Shown: one piece after another, positions 12,770 through 27,400 of the stretch
Numbering within the stretch: position 1 is the stretch's first letter
Layout of the letters: each line of letters opens with the position of its first letter
Assembly (NCBI RefSeq): GCF_006345805.1
Contig: NC_043004.1
Coordinates: forward strand, 24,614,001 to 24,678,000
DNA: 64,000 bases
Reading direction: 5' to 3'
Origin: Octopus sinensis
Lineage: Eukaryota
The notes under the pieces: model-generated
What the model saw: the letters and a program-made list of their open reading frames with translations, nothing else
What the model was told of the DNA's origin: nothing
Database searches by the model: none
Position numbers and translations under genes: made by a program

Positions 12770-14863
12770 ACACACACATACACACACACACACACACATA
12801 CACACATGCACATAGAGAGGGTACAAAAGAGAGAAAGTACATTGGACTGAAACAAATATTGAATTTCTTGCTGTATGGATATAAATGGTCAGACAAGACC
12901 GGTTTATATTAGTATATCCATATTTTTCAATGATATAAACGACATAAAAACTGTGCCTGCCAGACAGTCATGAAAGATCATTGATACGAAATTGCTAACG
13001 ATTAATTAACTCTAGTGAATATATGCAGATAATGGTGTCCATTCCAAATATTCATTTACATTGTGGTCACATTTGTCTCATTTCAACGAACATCATTTTG
13101 TTCTCCTAAACATTAGAAACCTGAATAGTTTGTTATTATAGTAGTTCTCTGTGTAAAGAATTAGTATCTCAATCTAAATTGTAAAATTCATTTGATATTT
13201 TACTATATTTTATAGGTTGTTTTAGACTGTTTTATAGTCGCTGATGCGTTATTTTGAGCGTCTAATTGACTTATTTTTGGCAAAAAAAATCTAGATTCCT
13301 ATTGTCAGTGTTGAAAAATTAATGAAGGATTCGAGGAAAAAGCAACGGAAACAAAACAAAATCAGAAGAAAATTTATTTTCGTTTCTTCCAGCCGTATAT
13401 CATAGAATAAACGGCGCCAGAAATATTGTCCAGAAGGGAAATTGTGTTTAGACTAGAAACAGAAATAGAGCGTAAGAACTCTAGCTTAATATGAGCGTAA
13501 GAATTGTAGCTTAATACTGTACTATTTATATCGGCGTTGCATAGAACAGTGGTCAAATCCATTGAATGGATCTGGATGAAAGCTTTTGTTTTTTTAATTT
13601 TCTCGTTTATATATTTGTTTCATTAAATTTACTCAAACGTTTAAAGAATTCTATTCTAATACTACAATTTACTGTATTTGATATCAATGCCCAACGCTGC
13701 CCACCTAATCCTCATTTCTTGGATGGATGGATCCCAATTCATAAAGTTATTCATAGACTTGCTCTAGCCACTCTATCTTTTTTACTACTACTAAGAGCTG
13801 ACTAGACAATGCTGGTCTTCACTTAATCATTTCCGTCCTACATACATCTCCTCCTCACCCTTGTTGCACCCAATCTCCTAGGCCCTATACTAATCACTAA
13901 TCATTATCCACAGTCCTTCTATCCCTGTATGTCAGCTCTCAGGAATTCCCTCTATGCTCATGTTTTCCCCGGAGGTGTTGACTAACAAATGTCAAAAAAA
14001 TTTTAACTGCATCAATGTCAACCGTCTGGAGGGTTTGTATTGTCCATGGGCAAAACCTATCATCAAAGATGCTCTCATCCTGATATTCCATTTATTTTCA
14101 TAGTAGATGAATGCATTTCATATATTAAGATGCTAAATTATAATTTTGGAAGATTTGGCTGCTATTTCCATGCAAACTATTTCTTATTTCTAAGAGTTAA
14201 AGCCAACACAACTTCCATTCTACCTGTATGATTTTTTCTGGTTTTCTATTCAAAGATACAAAATTTTGTACATCCTTTTCTCATTCTTTGTTGGTGTTAA
14301 TTGGACAAATGTATAAATTGGAAAGTGGGTTTTTTTTTCCAAAAATATTTCTGTATTAGCAACAGCAGATATTGAAATATCTGCGCTGCACATTAATGAT
14401 TTATTTCGTCAGTGTATTTTCTTTAAGGTGAAGGTATATTTTTGGCTATATTTTTGGTTTTCGATATATGAATACACTTTATTAGTAGCTTGAAGCATCG
14501 AAACATTTTTCTCCATAACATAAAGTTATATATCACGGTTTAACAATTTTTTAAATTTTACCTTCTTCTGAATAACTTTTGCATATATTCTGTTAAAATA
14601 GGAAATAATAGCAAAAGCATTCTTAGCCGCCGCGACAAAGTGATGCATGTATGACTAATATAAACTAGGATAATGAAATCGCTATTAGGAATTCCTTTTC
14701 ATAAATTAAACACAGAATAATCATAAATATACGACAATACCTGCACATGATATTTCATAGAGAAACACACACGCACATACACTTGTATGTCTGTATTTAG
14801 TATATGTGTGTTTGTGTGTGTGTAGTTCTGCGTGCTTATGTATGTATTGATATATATATATAT

Positions 14864-14895
<32 letters not shown>

Positions 14896-15324
14896 ATATA
14901 TATATGTGTGGTGTGTGTGTGTGTGTGTGTGCGTGTGTGTTTGTTTATATATATATATATATATGCATATATATATATACGTTTATATATATATGTATGT
15001 GTGTGTATATATATAGGTTTAGTGATGCAAACAGTAGAACTCAAAACGTGCGTATATGTACTTTTATTAATATTTGGCAGAAGCAACAGAGTGGCTCAAG
15101 GGCCTTATCAAACCAGTGAGTCACTATTTTGAGTCGCTCTGTTGTTTCTGTTAAATATTAACAAATATATATATATACATATATATGTATATATACAAAT
15201 ATATGTATACAAATATACGTATATACATATATATACATATATATATATATATATACATATGTATATATATATATATAATATATAATAGATATATATATAT
15301 ATATTTATATATTTATATATATCC

Positions 15325-15880
15325 TTTATTCTTTTATTTATTTCAGTCATTTGACTGCGGCCATGTAGGAGCACTGCCTTTAGTCGAACAAATCGACCCC
15401 AGGACTTATATATATATATACATATGTATATATATATATATATATATAGATATATATATATATATTTATATATTTATATATATATCCTTTATTCTTTTAT
15501 TTATTTCAGTCATTTGACTGCGACCATGTAGGAGCACTGCCTTTAGTCGAACAAATCGACCCCAGGACTTATTCTTTGTAAGCCTAGTACTTATTCTATC
15601 GGTATCTTTTGTCGAAACGCTAGTTTACATGGATGTAAACACACCAACACTGGTTGTCAAGCGATGTTGTGGGGACAAAACAGACACACGCACGCACACA
15701 AATATATACATATATATACATATATATATATATATATACGACAGGCTTCCCTCAGTTTCCCTCTCACAAGGCTTTGGTCGGCCCGAGGCTATAGTTGAAG
15801 ACACTTGCCGAAGGTGCCACGCAGGAGGACTGAACTCGAAACCAAGTAGTTCGGAAAACTTCTTACAACACAGCCGCTCC
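15325..15880 (-). mobile_element. Family-B SINE with tandemly duplicated 3' end
   Basis: The tail segment is present twice (~15320-15409 and ~15483-15572). Confidence 0.82.
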
Positions 15881-16152
15881 TGTATGTATGTATGTATGTA
15901 TGTATGTATGTATGTATGTATGTATGTATGTATGTATGTATGTATGTATGTATGTATATTTTTGATAATATATACACTCACAGTTGTTAAATCGTAGCAA
16001 TATCTTAGATAATTTAGCCTGCAATTTGCCGGCTAAATTTCTCTCCCACTCCTCTCTCTCTTTCTCACTTTCTCTCTCCCTCTCTCTCTCACTCACTCTT
16101 TCTCTCCTTCTCTTTTTCTTTCCCTCTGCCTCTCTGTTTCTCTGTCTCGCTG

Positions 16153-16248
<96 letters not shown>

Positions 16249-16825
16249 TCTCAACAAAATAAAGAAGACAGGCAAAATATCAAAAACCAAGGAATGAGTT
16301 CCAGGCGAAAAGAGTCGGCGACTGGTGCAGTAGGTCTAGGAATTCAATGCGTATTGAAAGGAACTCAGCAAAGAATCTACCATGGAGCATGTTCTACACA
16401 ACAGAATCTACCGTGTTACGATTCTTCTTAAGAGAGGTATAAGATATTCTTGAATGATAGGAAGCATGTCTCCGGTGGTACTAGTGTGACTCTGTAGACA
16501 ATCATCATGGATATGGCAGTGGGTTTGCGAGAAAAGTTTACAGTTTCTGCCTGCTGTTGAATGGGAGTTTGAGAATATAAAATACGAACATACGCACACA
16601 TGCATACATATATACATATGTGGAAAGAAATACGATAGGGATGTTCGCCTTTGGCTAAAGAGGGTAGTAAATTCAATATTGTACAAATAGAAATGTCAAG
16701 CAGAAAGCATCAGATATTCATAATATTTGCATCACTTCACTGGAGTGATGTGTGCAGTTACGTGGAGTGTATGTGTGTTGTACACACACACACACACGCA
16801 GACAGACACACACACACATGTGCTC

Positions 16826-16870
<45 letters not shown>

Positions 16871-16875
16871 ATATA

Positions 16876-16906
<31 letters not shown>

Positions 16907-16938
16907 CATACATACATACATACACATACATACATACA

Positions 16939-16972
<34 letters not shown>

Positions 16973-19207
16973 CATACATATAGACAGATGCAGGTATGGC
17001 TGCATGGTAAAAAGCTTGCTTCTCAACAACATGGTTCTGGATTCAGTCCCACTGCGTGGTACTTAGGCAAGTGTCTTCTATATAGCCTCGTGCCGACCAA
17101 AGCCTGTCGTATATATATATATACATACACACATGTATATATGTGTGTGTGTGTGTGTGTGTGTGCATGTGTTTGACCTCCATCGCCGCTTGAAAACCGG
17201 TGTTGGTATGTTTACGTCCCCGTAACTTTGAGGCTTGGCAAAGGACGATAAAATAAGTACCGCGCTTAAAAAAATATGTCCTTCTCTAGATTTGTTCGAT
17301 TAAAACCCTTCAAGGCAGTGCCCCAGCATGGCCACAGTCAAATTTACTGAAAGAAATAAAAGATAAAAGATATATAACCCTCATATGTGTGTGTGTGCAA
17401 GTATCTATCTATATATCTGTCTATCGATACTTACACACACACACAAACAGACACACAAACATACACATATATCAAGAGAATGAGCAGTGGGGGAAGACTG
17501 AGTGTTGATATAAAAGCATTTTATTTTAGCCATTCGAAAGCAGGCAGAAACTGTAAACTTCGCTTATTTAATTATTTAGTGTCAGGACTGTCGTCTTATT
17601 TTCGCTGACACAGCGCGACAGCAACTGCTTTGAAATTTACTTGCTGTCTAGTTATATACTAGGTCTCAGAGTTTTAAATTTAGATATTAAAATGTTGTAC
17701 CTTTAGCAAAGTTTAAGAAATAAGCCACAAATAAATTTGCAATTTGAAATTTGAAACTTTGCTTTGAAAGGCATGTCGTTGGACGTATATCTCTTCTTTT
17801 ACTGAAACACTTATAAGGTAGAAAATATTGCTTTGCTGGACTCAGTGGCAGACTGCTGTTTGTAAAGATTAGATCTGTCAAAGAGAATTACTGCTTAAGT
17901 AAATGAAAGGAATTGATAACAACTGAAATCGTTAACTGTATGGTGTACTTGGATTGTTGAGTGTTTGATTTTTACTGTGAAACACCAACTACATTTATTG
18001 TCAATATTTCTTTCCAGACTACATACTATCACTCTCAATAATTGATTATTCCCAGGTTTCAGCTTTTGTTGGGAAAATACAACTTTAGTTATATTTACTA
18101 TGTCACGTAGTTAAACATAAATCTGTTGAGGTATTGCTGCGTCCAGTGAGAGTGTTTAAAAGATGAAGTTTGTTAGCTTCAGCGAATATACTTCAACAAA
18201 CAGAATGAAAATAAAGATTTCTATCCAAACTACATAACGCTAAGTGCAGATAATAATAAAAATATTTGCGTTGTGGAATTAAGGCCGCTTTATCTGTGAA
18301 GCAGACGTGTGTCTAGAGTAAACCGGGGGTTTGCTATATTCATTATTTGTATTTAATTATATTTTGATCAGATTTAAACAAGGTCTTTAAAATTCATTGT
18401 TAGAATTGATCTTTTACCGTCAGTCAGACGAAGGAGGTGGTACTGAATATTGATGGATTAACGATTTGATGATTTCTTTCTTAACCGCAAAGAAAAGCAC
18501 TACAGTATTTTCTCTATTATAAGCACAAGGCCTGACATATTTGTCGAGGGGGCTAGTCAATTACATCGACCCCAGTGCTCACTTGGTACGTATTTTGTCG
18601 ACCCTCATAGTTTGAAAGATAAAAATCAACCTCGGCTGAATTTGAACTTAGAACTAATAAGCAGAGAGACAAACACAGTAGCTCCTTTCTTACCGCATAA
18701 TAGTTTAAAAGGAACGTAACAATAACTTTATATTCTTTCTACTCTTAGCTCAAGGCTTATGAGACGTAACTTAATATATAAAAAAAAACATTTGTTCTAT
18801 TTCTCACAGCTCTTTCCGACAGAAAACAAAAAGCAATATCATAAAACAATCATTCATTTTCCATCATTTTCTTTGATGGGAAACACTTTCTTCGTTTCTA
18901 TCCGTTTATTTGTGGTTTCTTATATCACGAAGCCAGTTAATATACAAAACTAATTATACTGTATGAGAGATAGATTACAAGCATGGCGTAAGACAATTTG
19001 GAGAAAAGGATTTATACAAGAAACTTGTTTCATTGTATTACAAAGAGAGAGAGAGAGAGAGAGGGGGGAGAATGATGCGGGATATATTACAAGTGAGTGG
19101 AGAAACGAAAACAAGTGCCACTATCAACACATGTATAGGGAATTGCATATATTTTGAATAACAGTTTAACTCAGCTTTATATGACTTAAACGACCACGAA
19201 GCTTCAA

Positions 19208-19483
19208 GACAGACGGAGTTAAGTCAATCGATCCCAGTGTGTAACTGGTACTTATTTAATCGACCCCCGAAAGGATGAAAGGCAAAGTCGGCCTCGGCGG
19301 AATTTGAACTCAGCCATTACGTTCTGAGTTCAAATTCCGCCGAGGTCGACTTTGCCTTTCATCCTTTCGGGGTCGATCAAATAAGTACCAGTTACACACT
19401 GGGGTCGATGTAATCGACTTAATCCCTTTGTCTGTCCTTGTTTGTCCCTTCTATGTTTAGCCCCCTGTGGGCAATAAAGAAAT
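19208..19483. mobile_element. Head-to-head inverted pair of family-A SINE fragments
   Basis: Arms 19208-19313 (-) and 19324-19435 (+) are separated by 10 nt. The plus copy continues into the long tail. Confidence 0.85.
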
Positions 19484-19521
19484 ATATATATATAGAGAGA
19501 GAGAGGGGGAGAGAGAGGGCG

Positions 19522-19562
<41 letters not shown>

Positions 19563-19865
19563 CATATGAGATGGTGCTGATAAGTTCTTATCTTTAAGGT
19601 TATCACGAAAGATCTGGTTTGAGGCCCAACCTTACGAGTTCTTTCACAGAGCTTAGAAAAGCGGAAGGAGCGCGGCAATAAATGTATGAATCTATGAGGG
19701 GAATATGTTGAATATAAGCATAATTAACTGATCCTCCTGTATTTTCTTTACCCGAAGCCAGAAAATTGTGTGTGTGCGGGTGTACACTCACACACACACA
19801 TACTCACACATACATACATATATACATATGTGTCTGGGTGTGTGTGTGTCTGAGTGAGTGTTTGC

Positions 19866-20036
19866 GTCTGGTAACAGGACTCTGCACCATACCACACAAG
19901 TAGGAGAACCAGTCATGGCTGTCAAACAATTTCTGCGACCACATCACGCCTAACTTCTGGCCACCTAGCTCTCTAGACTGCAACCCCCTTGATTATTATG
20001 TGTGGGGCGCGGCTGAGTGACAGACCAACAAAACTT
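19866..20036 (+). mobile_element. Tc1/mariner (maT/DD37D-like) transposase catalytic fragment
   Basis: QDSAPYHTSRRT.SWLSNNFCDHITPNFWPPSSLDCNPLDYYVWG read by eye. Confidence 0.75.
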
Positions 20037-20457
20037 CTATATACTGTAGTGTTTCTTTCAATCTTTTGACTGTGGCTATGTTGGGGCGCTGCCTTGAAGG
20101 GTTTTAATCGAACAAATCGGCAGAAGGACATATTTTCTTAAGCCTGGTACTCATTTTATCGTACACTTTTGCCGAACCGCTAATGTTACGGGGACGTGAA
20201 CATACCAACACCGGTTTTCAAGCGGTGATGCAGGTCAAACACATACACAAACACACATGCACACACACACACACACACATACACACATGTATATACGTGT
20301 ATGTGTGTGTATATATATACATACATATATACGACAGGCTTTGGTCGGCACGAGGCTATAGTATAAGACACTTACCTAAGTGCCACGCAATGGGACTGAA
20401 CCCAGAACCATGTTGAAAAGCAAGCTTCTTACCACACAGCCACACCTGCACCTGTGC

Positions 20458-20497
<40 letters not shown>

Positions 20498-21517
20498 GAG
20501 CACATATACATGCGTGTGTGTGTCTGTCTGCGTGTGTGTGTGTGTGTGTACAACACACATACACTCCACGTAACTGCACACATCGCCATCACTCAAGTGA
20601 ACGGATGCAAATACTATAAATATCTGATGCTCTCGGCTTGACATTTCTATTTGTACAATATTGAATTTACTACCCTCTTTAGCCAAAGGCGAACATTCCT
20701 ATCGTATTTTGTATTCTCAAACTCCCATGATAATCTTACTTAAAAATACTTAAAATTCATTCCGACGTGGACATTTTATTGCTAGTATATTTTGCAATAT
20801 ATTTTAAGTTAAGCATCAGTTTTAAGAGAAGGCTATTTTCTTAAATCCTGACTGATTTTGTGCCTACGTATGGGCATGTATTCCTTTGGGTGTAATGGAG
20901 CATGTGAATAGACGCACGCATAATAGAACATTCGTAGTTTTTAGTAGTTTTTTTTCGCGCTAAATAGCTGCTTTGTAGCAAACTTTATAGCAGGCTACTT
21001 GAAATTTAATAATATACTTAACACTAGATTATTGTAGACAACATTTAACGAAAAGTGAAAACTTTACAAATGGAGTCTCACAACAGGGACTTTGAAAAAT
21101 GTTGTTAGCAAAATGTCGTTCTGTTAAACACACAGATTTCGTTCAAATTAACTTATTACCTTCTCTAATTCTCCACTTTTTTTAAAGTGAAATAAATCAT
21201 AATGTTGAAACGATAAACAAAAGAAACCTTGTATTCGTTAAACACAACGAAAGAAACTGTCTAATGAAGGCCTAAAATGGGTACAAACCAGGCCATCATA
21301 TACTTCCTTCTCGGAATTGAGTTCTTTCATCACGTACCATATTTTTTTCCGTCTATGTTAGTTTTCAGTAGTTTTATTTATCTACCGCCGTGTATAACGT
21401 TTTTCTTACTACAATGATATTCTTACTGCTTGCCATCTGCTGCCGTAATTCTTGTAGCAAGATGACAGGCAAACAGCCAAGCACTAATGCCAAGACAAAC
21501 TGTAATAGCATCGTTGA

Positions 21518-21573
<56 letters not shown>

Positions 21574-21606
21574 TATATATTATATATATATTATAGATTA
21601 TATTAT

Positions 21607-21644
<38 letters not shown>

Positions 21645-23133
21645 TGTATGTGTGCTTGTATATATGTATGCCCACACCTCCAACAAAATAACGACAATAT
21701 CTGCCTACACCTTAAGCAGTCTAATTATTGTGTCTGTAGTAAGCAGAATACCTTTGTCAATCACTTGATCCAGAATATATACACCAGATGTTCACTACAC
21801 CGTTCACGCTCATTGCTGTACACAGGCACACACGCACACACAAACATTTACATACATACATACATACATATATACATACGAGCATTCTTGCAAGAACTCT
21901 TATGTACATGTGTGTGTGCATGCGAACATACATGGAAATGGAAACACATTTAATGTGCGTGTAGGTGAGTATATGAGTGTTAATGTGTCATTGTTTTCTT
22001 TCTCACACATAGACACACGGACAACTATCAGTAGAAATACAATTCAATAATCATAAACAAACATACACTCTTATACACACACACACAAACACGTATACGC
22101 ACTGGTATTTACACAAATAAAACTGCTTTAGTATTTATATTGTACAATAGAAACTTAGGTGGTGAGACTAAATGGACACAAAGAAAGAGATTTGAAGTGT
22201 CTGTAGTGAAGCCACTTTGTGTATGACATACACATACACACACACACACTCACATATGTGATGTGTGTGTGTGTATGTATGTGTGTGTGTGTTTGTTCTC
22301 ACTATTGATTGTTGAATACAATCAAGTGCTATTGGTTATTTATATTTGAAACGCCCTCTTCATATATAACAGCTCCATAACACAATACGCCATTGCATGC
22401 TAGGCCTTGTACAATAGACAAGACCACGTGATTTCTCTCATAGTAATAACTAACTAATCTGACCTGGTTTGTGTCTTTTCCTCTCTTTCTCCCTTAGACA
22501 TTCATATGTGACATTAAAAAGAAAGGAAATCATTGAATATTACCATTTATATATTTTCGTCCATATTTTTCCTTCTGTTTGTCTACTTCGGGCTTTATGT
22601 ATGAGCATTTTACTTACACGTTTTATAAAAAATATGTGCCTTTTATAAGGATATATCTTTTTGTTAATATATATATGTGTGCATGAGAAAGCTTATGTAA
22701 CTTCAAATCTAGTTTAATTGGAATTCTGTCAAGGCTATCCTTTTAGATCAAGTCACTGATCCATCTCATATTTGTTGAGCAGTCATACAAGTCTTAATAT
22801 TTAGACCACCTAGACAACATCTGTGACAGTTGTACCACCAGAATGTTTTCAAGGATAAGAGAAAGCAAAGTAGTAGTATGTAACTTAAACAGAAATACAA
22901 GTGTGGGCACCTTATTTGTTGAGCTAAGGCTTTTTTCTTGAAAATGGTATTTTCAATAAGTCCTATATGGTATATAGGACTTATTGAAAATCCTTTTGGT
23001 AAATGGATTCTGGTCGGATGTGTATACATTTAGAGACTCAAAAAAAAAAAGCCTTACCACATCACTATCTATTTATGCAATTTGTCTGCAATTTGTTTAC
23101 AATATGTCTGCAATTTGAATAATAATATTGATA

Positions 23134-23189
<56 letters not shown>

Positions 23190-23190
<1 letters not shown>

Positions 23191-23650
23191 TCCTTTGCAC
23201 AGCTTCTAACGCTGGAGATGTACTACAGTGTCAGCTGTTCACTACCAGTGAACTAAGGTAACACCTCTTATTTTTCGAGCACCTTCCGGAGTATTCGAGC
23301 GGTTCCTAGCAGTGCTGTTTTCTGCAAGTGCTCTATCCTTATTGCAGCTCCTATTTGTTCCACGTACTTCTCGAGACTTTTGCTCACTGTTCCCGGGGCT
23401 CCGAGAATTATTGGTACCTTTTTCATCGATCACAACTGCTTAACTTCCCAAGCTAACCTGTCATATCTCTCGACTGTTCTTTCTTCCTTATTGCATACCT
23501 TGTTGTCAGCTGGGCATGCTATATCTATGATCCAGCATAGTTTGTTTTCTTTCTCAAGTAAGACTATGTCTGACTTCCTATTCTCTATCTCATGTTCGCA
23601 CTGAATCATGAAATCCCATAGAATCTTTGCATTTATATTTTCGAGGATGG
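23190..23650 (-). mobile_element. 5'-truncated R4/Dong LINE 3' end (restriction-like endonuclease domain)
   Basis: KILWDFMIQCEHEIENRKSDIVLL...IIDIACP...LQKTALLGTARILRKVL matches the RLE C-terminus of R4/Dong elements. The 3' end runs directly into (TAA)n at 23133-23189. Confidence 0.88.
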
Positions 23651-24464
23651 GCAACGATATCAATGTTATTATCATAGAACGTAACTGAGACAATGGATGA
23701 TAGTAGCGGGAAAGTATTGAACAAAATATTTTACATATCAACTCCAATTAGAGTTAAATTTGTCTTCGCCCCATTGGGTCAAATATATAATTAACAGTAA
23801 AATTATCGCATTAACTGCTTACACGCACCACATATTAACCAACTCGTAACGATATGTAAATTCACCAATACAGTATCACACAAATATATATTTTACACTG
23901 AAAATCTCTGACATAACACTAAAGACTCTATATTCACTGACACACAACTTCACACTCCAAATGGTGACTCATACACACAACTATACTGTCTTACACATAT
24001 ACTTCCCAACCACACTGTCTAATAAACGCACACGCAAAACACACACACACCACATTTTGTGTCTAATATATAGCCATCACACTACAATGTCTTTCTAACA
24101 CAACAATATAGAGATTCGTCAATACACAAACATCTCACTATGCACACAATGTGTGCTATGTGAGTCCCTTACACTATACCACACACACACATACACGCAC
24201 ACACAAGCACACACACAAATTCACAATACACAATATACCCAGCACATTCTCCAACCTACTATTATGTATACCACCGTACAATCTCACAGCTTTCAAAGCA
24301 ACAGAGTTACAGACAGTAGTATCCAACTTGTGAATATAATTACAACCATACGCATAACATCCTCCAATACACATTTCTTCACAGCTTATTGTCTTACACA
24401 CAACTATACACGAAACATATGCTCCAATACATACTTTTATTTATCATATTGTCGAACACATATA

Positions 24465-27400
24465 CGAGGGTCGGCTGAAGAATTCATAGGCTAAGATACT
24501 CTCATGGAATGTGGCCAAACGAGATTTAGCATTCAACACAGTCCCCATTGAGGTCCACACACATCTTCCATCGGTATTGCAGTACTTGGATCTCATTGGT
24601 GAAGAAGCTTTCATCTTATTAGTTAAAAACGTCATCATCACTGCGATATTGGTTACCAGCCAAGTGTTTTTTCACGTTGGGGAGCAGATGATGATAAGAT
24701 AGGGCCAAATCAAGTAAATAGGGATGGTAATCAACCAGTTCAAAGCCACAGTCACACACAACGGCCATTGAAACCAAGGAGCTGTGTGATGGAGCATTGT
24801 TCTGATGAAACAAGATCCCTTTCGTCAGTTTTCCTGACTGTTTGATTTTGACAGCCTTTCGTAACTGTCTCAGCAAGTTGGCATAGTACTCTCCATTGAT
24901 GATTTGGCCCCTACACAATTAACACAGTGCCTTTTGCATCCCAAAAAATTGAGGCAATCATATTCCCTGCCAATGAAGCGACCTTAGCTTTCTTTGATGC
25001 AGGTGAGAAGGGGTATTTTTCACTGCACAGTTTGTCTCTTTGTCTCTAGCTCAAAGTGATGAACCCAACACTTACACTGGCCTAGAAAACTTTCAAAGAA
25101 ACCAACTGGATCTGCCTCAAACAGTGTCAGATATTCCCATGATGTGATCATCCTGATGCACTTTTGAACAGATGTCAGAGGACGTTGCACTCACTGAGAA
25201 ATAACCTTCGTCATGCCAAATTTATTGCGCAGAATATCCTCAACTCTCTCACGGGATACGCTAAAAGCATTGACTATTTGATTTATAGTCGCCTGTCATC
25301 CATCAGTATGTGGTGAATACGATCAATATTTCCCTCTGTCATTTTCGAGATTCTTCGTTTTCCACCTAAATTCGGTTTCTCATTTTTCTACTGTTGGTAA
25401 AACTGGAGCATCGTCTCCTAATGCTGTGGTTCTCAACCTTTTCCCGGCCATCGCCCCCTAAAAGCTATTTTTGATGTAAGCTAATTGATAATCGCCCATC
25501 ACGAAATGATAACAAATATTAAATATAATGTAATTACGACTAATCAACACTAAAAAAAATTGTACATGTAAATGCAAAAGAAAAACGAATTAAAATAAAA
25601 CTTTATTCTAAATTTAAATGTAGAAAAGGACTAACTAGTGTGAGCCCTGAGATTGGTGATGTCACAATAAAAATTGAATGTCAGGCTCAATGCTACCCAA
25701 ACCGATACGAATACCTCCACGTGAAATAATGTCAGATCTGTTTCTTTCCTTCCGCAAAATGATTGACAGTACTAAATCCAGTTTCAACAAGATATCACGT
25801 CGGGAATCACAAAATAATTTTCGACATTTGTGACCACAAAATTGGATATAGTGATTTTACAGTGTCTGATTGCCAAAATAATGTATTGTTCGTCAGCATC
25901 GACACAAATTCTTCGGAAAATACGGTTATATATACTGTTAGATATAATTTTGTTTATTGTCTTTATAACAGTGTTCAACGACTGATTTAGAATAGGGTTT
26001 ATATATTTGGCCACGAGGTTATGCCTGTGTAGCACACAGTATATAACTAGAACTTGGTGGAACAACTTGTTTAAATGAGAGATAAATCCTCTGTGTCTTC
26101 CAACTATAGACGTTGCACCATGAGTAGCATATGAAACTAAATTTTCAAAATATAGAATTTATTTTTCTTCAAAAAACGTTTTCAGTGCAGAAAATATAGA
26201 AGCGCCCATTGTGTCAGTCTCCAACAGTTTTACAAATAATAAATCTTGGAATGCACAGTTTCTATCAAAATATCGTACATACCTCATTAAAAGGGCCTTA
26301 TTGTCAATAACTGTGCTTTCGTCAATTTGAATGGTAAAATTCGTTGTTTTTAATCTTTGAATTAGTACGTCTTCGATATGACCTGAAATTTCCTCAATTC
26401 TCCTACGGATAGAATCATTACTCAAAGGTAGAGTTTTAATGATAGATGAAGGATTTCGATTCATGACTTCTGTATGTGCACTAACTGTTTTTGCAATAAT
26501 TTCTGCAATTTTATTGGAAGCAATCAGTCCACCGTCATTAATTTTTGACTGTTTCTTAAATAATGATTTAACTGCACTCCAATTTTCAAAATCAGTTTTC
26601 AATCCCTCAAAATATTTGATAAGCTTACTGACTTTGGGTGGAGGTTCTTCTCATATGGTCAGAGAGTCGAGAGGGCTTCATGGCTTCATTGGACAAAGAT
26701 TGATGATACATGAGACAAAAATCTGCTTTGTATCTGTAGAGTTCTTGATAAAACCATATTGTAAGTGCTCATCGATATACTCTCGACACTTCTTTTTCGC
26801 AGAGCCTGCCATAAAAAGTGGGTGAGAACGAATGTAAATTAGTAAACACTAAACTGACTATTATATCTGCGTCCGACGGTTAAGAGAGAGAGCATCAAAT
26901 TCAGGCGAGTGCCGTGTATTCAATGAATCACGCAGCCCGGTGGCTAGTGTCATAGTAACAAGGGTAAGAATTTCAGTGATGAATGGGTCATTATAAATCG
27001 ATGAACTAAATCCTGGAGGATAACGGACTTATTGAGGTACATAGTTACTGTATTTGAATTAGGAAAAAAAGAGTTGGTTTTACGGCTTAACCACAGTTAT
27101 TGACAAGAACCCTTGTCGGGATGCACTGGATGCATGATTGCCTGTTGTAAGTACAGTCGTCTATCGAAAACTGCATTCATCGCCCCGCCACCAAATTTGA
27201 TTTTCGCCCCCAGTTGAGAACCACTGCCTTAATGTATCAACCATGTCAGCATAAATATCGTTGGTGGAACTAAACCTTTTTTCTGCAGGTACTTGATAAC
27301 ACAACGGTGCCAAATTCTGTCCATTTCCAAGAGAAGTCGCTATGAGTTACTTTTGAAGTCTTCTTTGGGCAGTCAGATATCAGTTTACCAGGAAAGAAAG

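Larger units (their letters stand above)
16561..20728. repeat. Inverted duplication: 16561-17355 versus 20051-20728
   Basis: The arms share a unique block (MAKEGSKFNIVQIEMSS.. ORFs on opposite strands) and a family-B SINE carrying the same internal deletion. Confidence 0.9.

Noticed and set aside
13690-14080. Possible CR1/Jockey-type LINE 3' remnant (HRLALATLSF)
   Set aside because: Too degraded to support by eye.
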